Positions 43,901 through 57,824 of a stretch of 64,000 bases of DNA are shown one piece after another (positions within the stretch are counted from its first letter, which is position 1; each line of letters opens with the position of its first letter). The stretch covers positions 26,384,150-26,448,149 of the forward strand of contig NC_134026.1 in the NCBI RefSeq assembly GCF_964204645.1. The letters are read 5' to 3'. Made by a program: the position numbers and the translations under genes. This DNA is from Tubulanus polymorphus. Lineage: Eukaryota; Animalia; Nemertea. A model generated the notes under the pieces. That model ran no database searches. It had not been told where the DNA came from and saw nothing but the letters and a program-made list of their open reading frames with translations.

Positions 43901-44717
43901 CCAGCGGGACTACCTATGACACTAATTTCACCTCTTTAAGTTCTTGCATTTGATTTGGGGTAAATTTGCTATAAACATTTGAAGTACTGCGTTGAGTTCT
44001 CGCTTTCTTCTCTCCACCCTCTTTGGCTTTTTTAGCTGCCTGTAAATTCACATTACAAACATTACGGGAACTGTTCAAGTGAGACCATCTTACAAAGCCC
44101 GCCATAAATTCGAACTTACTATATCCAGTTTTGATTATTTCAGAGGTAATACCCTCTTATATTGCTCGAAGCATATCGATTAGTACGAGATCAGTATGGT
44201 AGTGAATATTTCAGAATGATTCACCGAAACTTACCTCTAAAATGTGGGGTAACGGAAATCATGCCAAATTGGTATTGTTAAAATAATGAGGGCATTTAAT
44301 TCGTTGTAAAGTTCTTGTACGTTGGTGCAAAGCTTTCTTGGCGTGGGGTTTGGAGTTCACACCCTGGGTTTGAAGCGTAACTATAGAGGAAGGGAGGCAA
44401 TCATTTGATTTGCTAAGTTCAGTCTATTCAGTTTATTCAATTGTATTATCCGGTATATTGATTTGAAATGCATTCGGTTCTATAACCAAAACCAAAAAGT
44501 CCTGAACAAAGCAATATATACACGATGTACAATATATATGTAGGATACATCTTACTCACTGAAACTTTAAGACATGATAAAAACATAAAGACGATGGTTC
44601 TACATTGAATTTTCTATTCAGTAACATCCGTTGAAATTGATATCCATTAAAAGACTTAATCATAATCCACGGAGTCCATGGAAAAGACGCGTTTGTAATA
44701 CATACCTCTTCTGCCAT
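40978..44717 (-). CDS. Myosin II regulatory light chain with alternative N-terminal exons
   Basis: MAEE exon 44706-44717; alternative exons A/B/C; [26 protein letters not shown] (EF-hand); [39 protein letters not shown]; [16 protein letters not shown]; [16 protein letters not shown]. Confidence 0.95.
43547..43606 (-). CDS. RLC alternative exon C ([20 protein letters not shown])
   Basis: 60 nt, phase 0/0, ttttcAG acceptor and GTTCGG donor, homologous to exons A and B. Confidence 0.75.
43670..43774 (-). CDS. RLC alternative exon B ([35 protein letters not shown])
   Basis: 105 nt, phase 0/0, tttcAG acceptor and GTATAG donor; canonical RATSNVF site; not in the ORF track. Confidence 0.88.
43932..44039 (-). 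CDS. RLC alternative exon A ([36 protein letters not shown])
   Basis: 108 nt, phase 0/0, ttacAG acceptor and GTGAAA donor; lies within ORF 43914-44105. Confidence 0.88.
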
Positions 44718-47713
44718 CTTGAATCTGAAGAACAGAAGAAAATACTGATTATTAGGTCGGTATCTTTTAACGGTAAGTTAGCAAAATTAAATCTAATTTC
44801 CGTTGAAAAAATTGAATATTTTCACAGTAAGGTTGATGTTAAAGCTCAATGAATAAATGTACAAATATAGATGGATTTGGGTAATGGTGTACGAAGGTAT
44901 GCGTTCGCGGTGGATATAGTTTACGTTGCTATACCACTGAAGGTATGTATATATCTACATGAGAAACTTCCCAGAAGGAACGCATAACGTTCGTCTTAAG
45001 AAGTATATACAGATCTTGTAAGGGGTTACAGCGATGAACACGTAATATTTATAGTTAGAATGAAGTACCTTCAGCTTTACAGAGATAGATATACCTGGAC
45101 GTTACTGAACAGATGGCATTACTTGGAGAAGTTGTAGACAGACTTGGTATGTATTTATCTAATTAACTTACTGATACGTATCAAGAGTCAGCAATATCTT
45201 ACAAGTCTTGCCTTACCACGTCTAGCCAAAGTTTTATCTTGTATCTACGTTTTATAAATTACTCTTTCCCTAGAGATTATTTTTTTAAATAGATTATACG
45301 TAATGTATCTCCAAAATGAATCTTATATGTATTTCAGAACATTTCTTGTCAATTCCTGGTCTTCAAAATACGCTTGTTTGAGCTGCATCCATTTTAGGGA
45401 ATCGAAAATTTACCCATTGCATTCGGAAGATTTTTCTTAGTATGAAATCAGTTGGTATATTAGTAAGATAATCTTTGGTGCAAGAAGTACATGCCTACAC
45501 TACACCTGCATGGTGAGTCACGAGGTACTTTCTGAACTCGTATGTCGATACGTAATATTTTTTTCCGTTAATTAACATAAGGCAGATACCGATTGCTTAT
45601 TTTAATCACCTAGATACGTAAGAATGAAAAAAAGAAGGAAGCGAACGGGGAACAACGATTTTCTTTTTAAATATTTTACGTTTTAATCAACTTATCATAT
45701 ATATCATCGGATACATGCTGATACTTAATAAATGAAATAATAATAAAAAATATTCATTAAGAAAAAATAGTAATTCAGAAAATAGTTTCGTTTGACTCGT
45801 CATCATCCATATCAATATCAAAATATGTAAATGCATGTTAGCCGACATGTTTGCATGGTTGATTCGTCTATAACTGCTTGAGTCACATCTACGCAACAGC
45901 TGGTAAATGTATATATACATATACCAAATTGTTAATATCATGATATTAAGTAAATACAAATATAGTTATCATGGTAACTGATATTTGAATATACTCTAAG
46001 ACTATAGCTGCCTTCTAATGTTTGAGAATTCTTGAATGATGATATTCTGTTATGAAATAAATCTTGTTTTTAGTTATACCATGATAGAAAACGTGCCTTC
46101 CGGATGCAGGATTCAAAAAAGATTTATGAAGAAAATGCTGGACCGACGAACAAATAAAGTCGATTACAAAAATGAATTTCAAATGATACATCGAAACATA
46201 AAATCAAAACAATCAAAACATAAACGTTATCTACAAATGAACAGGGAGGTGTAGATCAAGAGATTCATTTTTTTGAAATGAAAATAAAATTTCAAATTTC
46301 AATCTCAATATAAATGATTAAATTATAGAAAATGATTAGTATATTAAGAACTCAGAAAAAATTAATTATGTGGTATATGAATAAATGATAATCCCATTAT
46401 TATATCAGCATTACAGCATAATGCTCGTTTCAGACCTATTCTATAATGTATAAATATATAACATGTTTTATATCTACAGAAGTAAAAAGTTTCTTGGCGG
46501 CGGAAGAATGCTGCGCTAAAATTAGAGTGAATCGGCCTGACCCGCTTCCGCGAGAAAAATAGCAGCCGCATGTAACCTTACACCTGAGCTCCTGGGGAAC
46601 GAGGGAGATAGACATAAATTTAGAAACCATTAAAGGATAGCTTTGTGTTCTTCAGGTGTCTATGGTGCATCCAGGAATGCCGCCAGTGTACCAACTCCAA
46701 TATAACCACCACTATAGAAACATGTTATCATATACTTTTTACAATGAAACTACCATGAATGAACTGCCAGACACCACTGCTAACATACGTATTGCGAACT
46801 AAAGAGTTTTCAATGTGATTACGTCATTTTAAATGTTTCAATATATTCAACCATCTTTTTAAACTTTTATTCGTGGATCTGTATTCATATCTTAAGAAAT
46901 TTTATAATGTATGCTTTTTGAGTTCTTTTTCAAAAGAATTTATATTCGTAAAAAATCACAATCTCTTATTCTTAGAATTTAGTGTGAAATTGCTATTTTT
47001 GCCGCGCAAGATCTCTATTACCACGTTTAAAGAATTCGAGATTTTCTTTTACGATTGACTTTGAAAACCACACAGACATATCACATACAATCAATTGGAG
47101 TTGAAATATTATCTTAGATTACCGGGTATTCTAAAAAACATTTTATAAAACTAAGTTAAGATATGCTTAGCAGCAATTCTATTCAGGAATCTTATCTTTG
47201 GACATGGGTGGTCGCCATTTTGAATATCATAGTCACGTGATGAGAAGATAAATTTAATGGTGGAATAAGAATGTAATTTTCCTAATATTTTCCTAATATA
47301 ACTAGCCTCATTTAGTTAGCTAATTGAAGTCTCCGAATTAAGAGGTTGTAATAAGAATAATGTAACATAACTTTGTTTCCAAAACTGCAAAGTGGCAAAA
47401 CAATTTTACTACTATCAAATTCATGTTTTCTTGTTTTTAAGACAATTACCTCCATTAATCAGGTTTTCGGTTGTGGCAGGATTTTATTCTTTTTAATGTG
47501 TACTCGCAAGATTTGTTTCGATCATTTAGTGTATATAAGAATCATATGAGAAATCATAAGTTACCAATGGATTTTTAATGAAACTTTTTGTAAAGCGAGT
47601 TTGAAAATGAATATGTTCAGGCCATTATATCGAATGAAAGTTTGAATAATTCGCAATGGAATCTTATATATTTGCTGAATAAATCCAATGATAAAAGAAA
47701 ATGAGAAGCTTAC

Positions 47714-47844
47714 CTTTAGGGTGTGGTTGCAGGCCTTTCTACTCAAAAACTAAACTCCAAGGTGGTGCGCAACAAACTCTCTGGCTGCTAGCGAAGAGCA
47801 TTGAGCATTGCCTCTACTTTATATATGCCATTAGACATCACGTG
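47714..47844 (-). promoter_or_regulatory. Probable RLC promoter and non-coding first exon
   Basis: On - strand: E-box CACGTG (47839-47844), TATATAAA (47818-47825), then a short ATG-less exon ending AAG|GTAAGC at 47714/47713; the MAEE exon has its own acceptor at 44725. Confidence 0.6.
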
Positions 47845-50800
47845 GTACACACCTATTCCTAATATATCTAAGGAGAAGCGAGCTAGCTCAGGAATGAAGA
47901 AACATTGGTTAGATAGGTTTCTTCGATGCAATAGTCTGCTATTCCGTAGGCTACTACTTTCGCGCTATATATCAATCTATACGTATTGTGTAATATCTTA
48001 TTTCCAAAATAGAAATATTATATGTTTATTTATTTGTTCTAAGCAAAAACCTCTCATAAAAAGAATGACGATGGAATCCTAATTTACAACTTATCATTTT
48101 GGAAATATTTTGGACATAGCGGAACTATTCATGGTTTTCATATTATGATGCGATAGGAAAATGACTGAGGTCGTTTAAATTGACGTTTTTCTGCGCATAA
48201 TGTTCGATTTCTAATTATATATATATGTATCTCTCTCTATAGACATGCCACAGTGAAGCAGCGACCTCGGAGTACCGACGAAAGGAGTGAACAAAAATAT
48301 GCTTGAACCTTGAAGCGTGAGATAATAATAGGATGATGTGATCTCCGATACAAGATACAATTTTTCTTAATTTCGGAAATTTGTAGAGCGAAAATACCTT
48401 GAATGAATCAGTACCAAATGATCGAAATAAAATAAACATAGATGATAATTATCGGATCTTTGCTTTCTCGTAGATGCTATTGACATGGTGTATTATTGTT
48501 CTTTTGCTTGAGAAACTATATTTGGTAAAAACCAAAGTATTGTGTATTTGATGCCGGAAGTAGAAGTGGACACGGTTGTTACTGGTACAGTTGACCTAAC
48601 GACCGGTCTGGTATAGCTCCAGCCATGGCTGGACCAATAATTGACCTTGCATCTTAAATGTGCACGAACATTTATAATTTTTTTTGTAATTTCGAAGGAG
48701 GACTAACCGGATCCCGTACCCGCAAAAAGTGATGCATTTGCAGCTACGTCGTGGTTGTTGCGTTCGAAAACATTCGGCTACGAAAGGCCGGACCAATATA
48801 ACGTCAGTACGTACGGTACTTAGGGGAGATTTATAGTTTTGTTGATGATGAAACAACTATACGACATGTGAAAAGGGACTGCAATTGTATACTGAGTTGG
48901 GATCTATTTGTCGAGTGCGAAGAGCAATTATTTCCCCAATTCCATAATGGGAATTTCCCGTCGTCTATGTCCGCGAATTGAGCTGTCCATATCTATCCTA
49001 GGTCCTCTCGTGTTCTGTTGTGAATAATCGGCTCGATAATAAATGAAACAGCATCACTGACGACATGGTGGATAAGCTGTTTTCGTGATAAAACATATTG
49101 TAACATACGTACGTCTATAGGGTGTGAATTCTGAATATCCTAGAAAAGTGTTGAATATATGCCGTGTTGAGAATCCCTGAGAATGAAGATGACTATTACG
49201 ACATAGTCTAAACATCGAATAAACTGCTAGCTTAAGGAAACATTTACGGACTGATCATTTTTTTTCATTATTAGTGGGATTCACAACACGGATATAGAAT
49301 TTTATCAATGGTTATGTTGAATAGTATACATAATCCGTGTTCCCTGTACCTTTTTAATTACCAGGACTCAAGGAGACATCTACGTATTTCGTTTCAGAAT
49401 TAATGAAGATTAGCCTACGCATGTTAATTCCATTTCATTGAAAAACAAGATTATCATTCACAAGTGAAAAATCAAGAAGATATCATTTATAATTCTTTGG
49501 AGTTTTCTTAGTTATCTAGGGTGATTTCTTGTTCGGGGTGAACTCCTGGGTTACGTGGTATCACGCCGTTACTAATTAATGTGAATTCAATAGAAACAAT
49601 ACGCGCATGCGCAGCAGCAGCAGGAGCAGATAAGTAAAGGGGTGTATCGGTCTATTTTCAGCTTAGTTCTCTACTGGATTAAGTGGCAGCATCGTACAGT
49701 GGTCTATCGGAATTTCTGTGTGCTCACAATTAGACATTTCGAAAACGAATAAATCATTTCCATGTTTGATAATACTACGCCATACAGAATTAGTACACAC
49801 ATCGTTTCGTTTCTTTAGTGCAGCGCAAAAACAAAAACGGGCTTCCGTATTCGCGCTCGCTTTTGCACAGTAATTTTCGTTTTTTTTTCGCCGCGCAAAA
49901 ATTAAACACATTTTTACGGCGTATTGCGTGGAATTATTTTCTACTTGGTTGGGATCAGTCAGCATACCAAAAAGTGGCTGTGCCGGACGTCGATCAGTGA
50001 ACAGGATCAAATGAGGCGTGGAACGCAATGAATTCTACAATGAACCAATGAAAACAAAACACTTGCGTGTCTATCATATAACAATTTAATTCTATAATAA
50101 AATATCACATTTACTAGATCAACGACAACAATTCCGATTTTTATTACCATACCGCCTCCCTCAGTTTCTAAAACGTGTAATACCTAAAGCGATTGAAATT
50201 ACTGAAATTGTGCCTATAGCTTTTTGGCAAGTGAATCTAAACATAAATTAGCAATAATTAAATGTGGTAAAGCTTTTAGACCTATAAATCACAAAAATCG
50301 GCTGTATTGCAGGAATTGATATACACTTAAAAAGTATTTCACTCAATTCAAATTTATTTTTTTAAATCACATCAGAGTATCACAATAAATGCACTTACAC
50401 AGGGCATATATAAGTAGAATCAAATGCAAATGCTATTAACGCAATAGAAGAAGCATTTAAACTGGCAAGTGAATTTGATAGAAATGATTCATTTTAATAG
50501 TTTATAAGTAAAAAAACGTTGATGCAGATAAAGAATAAACCATTCTAGTAGATTACATATAACAGTGATATTTTGTAATCCAGTCGATACTCCTTCTGGG
50601 AATATCAGTAGAATGTTACTGTACATGCTTTGGATGTTTTGATTAAAACGGAATGTTAGAATAGACCTATGGACATAGAAATGACATATCATGACATCCC
50701 AACCCTTAAAAGATTGCCAACTGGCCATATTGTACCGGTATATGTATAAGGAATGAGAGTAAATCTTTTTATTTTTATAATTATTCTCTCATTAAAAAAT

Positions 50801-51510
50801 ACTAGTAATAATTTCTTCATGAGTTAAGAGAAAATCATTTTAAAACAGAGCAATGATTATGCAACATAATTATCGCATCCTTAAAAAAAACAAATACATA
50901 TTTTTGATAACCAAATGATTTCAAGCAAAACTATTTCGACGAAATTGTTGGTTAAGTGAAGCAGTACACCAATGGAAAAAGGTTCCATTGAAAAGAACAT
51001 AAACTGGACAAAAACTATAATACAAATCTAATTCATACATATATATGTAGATATAAATACATAAAGAAAAGTTCTTAGAAGATCTAAAATACTTTTTGTT
51101 TGCTTTTTGGTATCCAGAAAAGTAAACAAATCTTGACTGCCATATCGTCAGATGAGTTAATCTGCCATATATCAACCTAAGTGTAGTAGCATTGAGTTTT
51201 TCACATAGTTCAACATTTACTAAATATGCACTTATCACTAAAAACAGTTACATTACGGATCACTAATATCCCTTTAAAACAACCTATTTTAGTGAATAAA
51301 TTTTAACCATGCCAATGCTCTTTGCCAGCTTAGTGACAAAAAGATGAAAGAGAAAGAAATGAGAATAATTCTAATCACTCCAATTTTGCTTATGAAACCC
51401 CAATTTCACATCGAAATTCTGAAATGCCATAAAAGTTTCAATTTTATATGCATAGACTTCACAACAGGATTTTACTTCAGCAAAATAGACACACAAGTTC
51501 TGAATTTTCT

Positions 51511-54500
51511 TCATAGAAATAACAGTTCTGAACGATCCCCTTTCAATCCAGCTACATATTGCTCATTGATATGGATAATTCTACTATGACAAGGATTTCC
51601 AAGTAGTTTTTGTTGTTTGATCATTTCCAGCTCCTCGGCTATCTGGGCCTGGCGTCGTAGTCGTTGTGACTGAAAGTTTGGTAACTGAATGTTAGCCATA
51701 CGCGTACGCAATTTTGACAATGGATTTACTTCCAGTTTCGCTTCACCTGAGTTAATAATTACTTCGCCACTATCAGCTCGATATGAAATTGAACCATCAC
51801 TCAATGAAATTTTCATATTCGTATGTAAAAGTTTACGTTTATTTTGATGATTGTCATCAGAACCCTTTCTGTTTGCTTCAAATTGCGTATCATTCCATGA
51901 TTGCGATGATGTTGTCATTATTGCATCTGCTGCCGGTGGTTGGAGGTTTTCCTTTGATTCTTCAGAATTTTGTATTTCAGGGACTTCAGAGATTTCATCT
52001 GTAGTTGACGTTTCACTCACATCAAATATTACTTGGCATGGATTTTCTGGTGCAGCTTCAGAATTTTCTTTTTGTTCGTTTTGACGTAAGAGCAGTTCAT
52101 CACGTTCATCGAGAATGTCGGCTGACAAATCAGAAGCCATGTCTTTACCGATAGCTTCAGCATACATGATCATTTCTTGTGAATGACGTCGCATGTCATC
52201 CCTTAAACGTTGCTTCCTCATCTTAACAGCTGAAGAGAGATGATTGTCCACAAATTGAAGTTCAGAATCCATTGATCGCTGATCAGTTTCATCAATATCC
52301 CCTACACCGTATGACTGATTCTCGGTGGCTAACAAACCACAGCTTTGAAGAACCACTTCACCATGTGCTGGAGGTGAACCCTGTACAAATGCGCCACCTC
52401 CCATTGAAGCTCTTCGATGCGCTTCAGTTTGCTCATATTCTTTCAACAAATTATCCTCATCCTCGCTCATATCAGAATACAAATCGGAATTATCACTAAG
52501 GTTTTCATCGGCTTCTTTTTCATTAAGTAGAACTGGCTGCATTCGTGGTTTTTCCTTGCGGCCGAAAAAACGGAAATTACCAGTTGTTGGCAGACCGAGA
52601 TTAACTTTACGCATTGGATTGAAATTGGCCAGTTTTTTCTGCATGTTACTCAAAGGATTGCTACTACTAGAACTAGTCACTGATGTTTCCGATTTAGTCT
52701 CTATATCCGATGCAATACTTTGAGCTTCCACTGCTTGGAGATCATTGGAGGAAGACTCGCGTGAAATATTGAACTTAGTCGGCCATGATGATACTGACAA
52801 TTCTGGCACTATATTCATTCCTTGTGGATGAGGCTTGCTCTTTTTCCTGAGAGTGAAATAAAGATATTTTTTAAATGCATATATTTTACAATAGGGATCA
52901 AACTTTATGAGTTAAGTATAAATCTCACCTATCTAACTGTTTTGTGTCAGAGATTATCAAATCTAAACCCATCAATTTCTGAGCAGCAGCAAATGATTCA
53001 CAAATAGCTCTTAGGGATTCTACAACATTATATATACATATGCAAGCATAGAACTTTCAATTTTGTTTTCAAGTGGAGGCCTAACAATATACCAGGTACC
53101 TTTAGCTTCCTCCTGATTCTTTATGATGATCAGTATGTTATTGAATAGACGAGAATTAGTAGCTCTGAATGTATGAAAGTATCCTGATTGTCCATTACAT
53201 CGATAGTGAATTCGCATACAGTAAAACTTTGACTTAAATACAGCAGGCTCCAGTCCTACAACAAAATACATTGCCGTTTGTTAAAGTATGATTTCAATCA
53301 GGAGTGTGTACACATGACAATACACACAGAGTGATGAATTTACCTATTTCAATTTTTACTATATCTTCAAGGTTGATTCTTTGGCAGATGGCAATTTTCT
53401 CCATTTCGTCATCGTAACTATGTTATAATTACACAATTTTAGATTCAGTAGTTCTCAATGAGATTGACAAACTGATAAGTGAATATGTTCTATTACCTGA
53501 TGATATAGTAAGCTATCTGAGTAAGCAGTAATACGGTGTCCATGTCTTGTTGTGGGTCGCCAGAACTAGTAAAACAGTGAATAAGCATGAAATAGATATG
53601 ACATACATGATTCATTGTAATAGGTTTCAGGTAATCTTGGGAATTTAATGAAATATATATGTACTGAATGCCGGCCATATTTTTTGATGAACCATCAGGA
53701 TTTTCTGAAATAACTGTTTTCTAAAAAGTGTTGAGCTATATAAAATGAATAGCAAATCCAACCCAAACAACACACACAAAAAGACAACCCTTTGAAAATA
53801 GACAAACACCAGTAGTGGAAATTCCAATATTCCCATAATGTAACCCAATATTGATAAAAATTTTTAACCAAATTCATAAAACTGAAACAATAAACCAATA
53901 GTTGATTCGAAAAAAGCTGCAGTATCACATTTTTACGGAACTTCGATATCATTGGGCTTCTGAACTGGTAGATCATGGAAAATTTATTTACTAACCACAA
54001 GTTATTCATACAATTCAACAAACAGGTTAATACGGGTATGCTAAAGCCATTCATAAGCATGGAATTTTACGTAATTCCTCTGACTGGCCAATCATGCCTA
54101 TACTTTTCATTCACTAACAAAGGGAGCTGGAGATGTAAGGAAAAAAACTGGTTGATTGATTTTGATTGACGCAAGAAAAGGATGTGTTACATATTCATAG
54201 ATTGAAACAGAGCAACTTCAGAATAAATACAGCCAATGTTACATGGCAATTGGCATAAATTAATATTAACTTACTGGTTATATGTATTTAATACACCAAT
54301 TCAATACACAATTCATGCTAAATAAACTAACATAATGCAGCATTTTATGAATATTTCAGTGGTTTGGTTGTGAAGGTGAAACTGCCGTCAGTATCACAAC
54401 CCTAGAACAAATCTGCCCTCTACCTATGAAAGTGTTTATGAAGTGAGGTATGCCTTTTAATATCCATCAGTTAGCTAACTACCTCACAGGTATTGGTAAA

Positions 54501-57118
54501 ATCAAATAAATCCGTAATCAATCAGAAATCAATTTCTGGTAGATTGGTAATCAATATTGAACGTGTTAGAGTATTGGATGTTTTACTTGCGTAACCATAG
54601 TGAATTGCTCCCATAGCGCAACCAATACAATCACTTCATCCAGTACTCAAACACTGATTCCAGCATTTTTGTAGCTGTTTCTAACTAAGAAGCTTATCCC
54701 GGCAGCTAATCCACTAGTAGGTATTTGCACGGACTCGTTTGAGAGTCCATGGTATTTCAAACACATTTTCAAACAAGATAGTAGTTAGTAGAAATGTTTC
54801 AGGATGGAGCAGAACTGAATTTAATATCGTAAATACTCCAAATCTTAAGCAGTGTATGGTAATGAACAGCAGAACTGGTGGACATTAAAAACAAACTTAT
54901 TTAACGAATAAAGGCCATGCACATCATGTTTTGTTTCTAAATGCACATCACTTACAGAGTGTCAAAAACAGAAGACAAATCATTATACCAGCTGAAAAAA
55001 ATACATAATAACTACGTAATTCTTACATCAAAATCATCAGTCAAAACATAATGACAACGCCAAGCAAAAAGAACAAAAACAATAAAACATTTTGGTGCCT
55101 TGATCACATCTACAAGATTTAGTGGGGTCAATCCTATTGTTTCCAATTACTTCATCTGAAATGCTAAGATATCATATATACAAATACGGCAAAAAATAAA
55201 TGAAGAAAGACAAAATAAAGAAAGGTTCAATTTGTCAATACAAACAGCAGGACAACCATTCCAGTGAATTCCCTGGACTATATATACATAACGAAATTAT
55301 TGGCGTGATAAATTCTTATGTGTTTCAGTTCAATGCAAATGATCCCAGCTAAATGGGTTAGAGAATTCACTGGAGGGGTCACATTAACTACACACAGAAT
55401 TCAAATATTCATCATATGAAATTTCTCAAAAATAGTCGCCTGAACTATTTGAAACTGACCTAATATCACAGTCTATTAGTCCCCAGCTACCCAGACATGT
55501 TTCAGGTTCGATAATCATCATACGTTTACAGTCATCTATAAGGTGTTTGATGCTTTCTTCTTTCTCCATCAGCCAAGACTGGTCATCGGTCTCATCGACA
55601 TCAGACTGAGCATTCAGTATGTCAGATGACTGGATTCCCTGAATCAGATCGATAGCTGCCTGTCGATACATTTGATTTGACTTGAATCGTAAATAATACC
55701 TGGAAAAAAGCCAAGAAAACTCTTTTACTGCTTATCTATTCAAGCTACGTTCTTTACTTTTGAATCAAAATTAGTGCATCGGAAACTGTAAAAATGGCCA
55801 AAAATGTCCAACACATTGAAGTGCTCTTGGTGGCTCCCATATTTTATAAGGGCCATCAATGTCATCGAGAACAAATACCTGATACATTAAAAGTATGACA
55901 TACATATGACCACACATGGATGGATGTTTGCTCAGAAGGGTAATAAACTAGAAGCTGAATACCACAAATACAGTAAATGACACATTAATAATCTCCAAAC
56001 CGATCTAATTATGTTGATTACTGTCCTGGGACTTGTATTTCCAACAATGTGATAGTCAAGATCTTCTTAATATGTATGAAAAATACAGATCATTTGTTTT
56101 TTACACGCATGAAAGTAGCATTGGGATCATTTATCGTATAGTTGATGAATATGTCGTACACGTCGGGCTAAATGAATGTCTGCGAATACTGAGGGGGAAC
56201 CATGTCTGAGCAAGAAAAAATTCAGATCAGCTTTATTACCGGTTGACTGAGTTAGCTCCATCCTTCATCATTCCCGCTAATTTTCGTTCGCCAGTCCGAG
56301 TAAAATCGCCCTTCAATGCCACAGTACCAGCGTATTGGCGACTTATAGCATCTCCGTTATTGGCCCACATAGTTTGAAAGGTCAGACGACAACTCATGGG
56401 TAAACTCTCATCCGGTGGAAGTAGGCCTAATTTCCTACACTAGAAAATTTTTTAAAGATAAGTAAAGCTTGCAAACAGATAGACTACGATTATTGGGATG
56501 TTATTTCGAGATTCAAATCATTGAACACATGTTTTACCTGTGTTTCCATAACAACTCGAGCCAGGGCTGTTTGAACAACATTCGTACGATCCAAACAGTC
56601 AATACAGTTTATCCGGAATACAGTTCGTTGCTCACAAATCAAACCTTTGTTATCAACCCTGAAGAAAACCATATCATCAGTAAAGATTTTGTCCAATAGC
56701 AATCACATATATTTTAGGTAATAGTCATGGCAATGATGATGTTAGGTTTCCTACAATTCACTCACCAACAATATCGCATTTCACGTATCAAATCTCGAAT
56801 TCCTTCCAAAAGTAAAGATACATTTTCGAATTTCATACCTCGGCTGAAATTAAATATACCGGTATCAGACTTCGATGAACTCAAAATCTTTCAAATTTTG
56901 CCCATTTTGATTTTGTTCCACTCACCAGTAATCGTGGAAATCAAATGTGACATATGTAAGTAAAGGTGAGTTATACAGTAGTATTTGATTGAGGAATGCA
57001 TCGCTGACTATCTTTTCTCTACCGGCTAACTCGACCAGACTTATCACTGAGATCTTCTTATAACATGACAGCTCTCTTTCAAAATGCTTTTTAAATGCTT
57101 CGTGCGATTCTTTTTCTC
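51511..57118 (-). CDS. INPP5F: Phosphoinositide phosphatase SAC2/INPP5F, 3' part only (5' exons not in window)
   Basis: YVTFDFHDYCRGMKFENV; catalytic [61 protein letters not shown]; hSac2 domain (LGSWGLID..., GYFHTFRATNSRLFNN); long last exon ending RIIHINEQ...LLFL*. Confidence 0.93.
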
Positions 57119-57824
57119 CTACAAATACAAACATTGAGCAGAAAACCTTTAGGAAAATACAATCTTTTCTTGAATCGATTTGAAAAAACTGGGGCAAATC
57201 ATCTTCTTACAATCATAACTGGCAGTGTAAGAATCGATATGGTATTTCTGAATACGAGAACCGCAAGAACCATTTCCTCTCATAACCCTACATTCAATTA
57301 TTGACTACTATTCAATCGAAAGAATCTTTCAATATTACGTTGATAAGCGTGAAAAGCTTTGGTAAGACATTCCATCAACTTATCAGTAACCATGACAACG
57401 ATATCCAGCCAGTCAAAGCTGTATCATCACTGAGGTAAACTCTCATAGCTACAGGGAAAACCTTGATACGAAAGAGTTCATCAAATTCTTTGATTAGGGC
57501 ATGGGAGGTCTCGTGATTAGGGTCATATGTTTTCATATAATCACCTTTTGTGGTCGACTAGACGTCTTTTATGAAAAATAGTTATGCCGTTGAATGTCCA
57601 ATGAATATAATATACGCATGTGTTATATCCATAATTCATTGAAGTTAATAATGAGTTTTTCTAAATAGATTCTACGGCAAACGTCTGTTGATAATGACTT
57701 TCAAATTACTTCGTATATAGAGACAAACAGAACAGAACAATAACCACCACACTGCTGCCACAACGCTGTCAATGTAAACACTACCTCCTACTCACTCGTG
57801 TACGAGTATCTTACCAAACCAATC

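Noticed and set aside
44235-44380. Possible extra RLC exon (acceptor ~44381, GTAAGT donor ~44234)
   Set aside because: Stops in the phase-0 frame, and the internal ATG frame ends in phase 1, incompatible with exons A-C.
49776-49923. Possible MITE (tacgcc...ggcgta ends) and the overlapping 121-aa ORF
   Set aside because: Terminal repeats are too short and degenerate to call, and the ORF has no recognisable homology.
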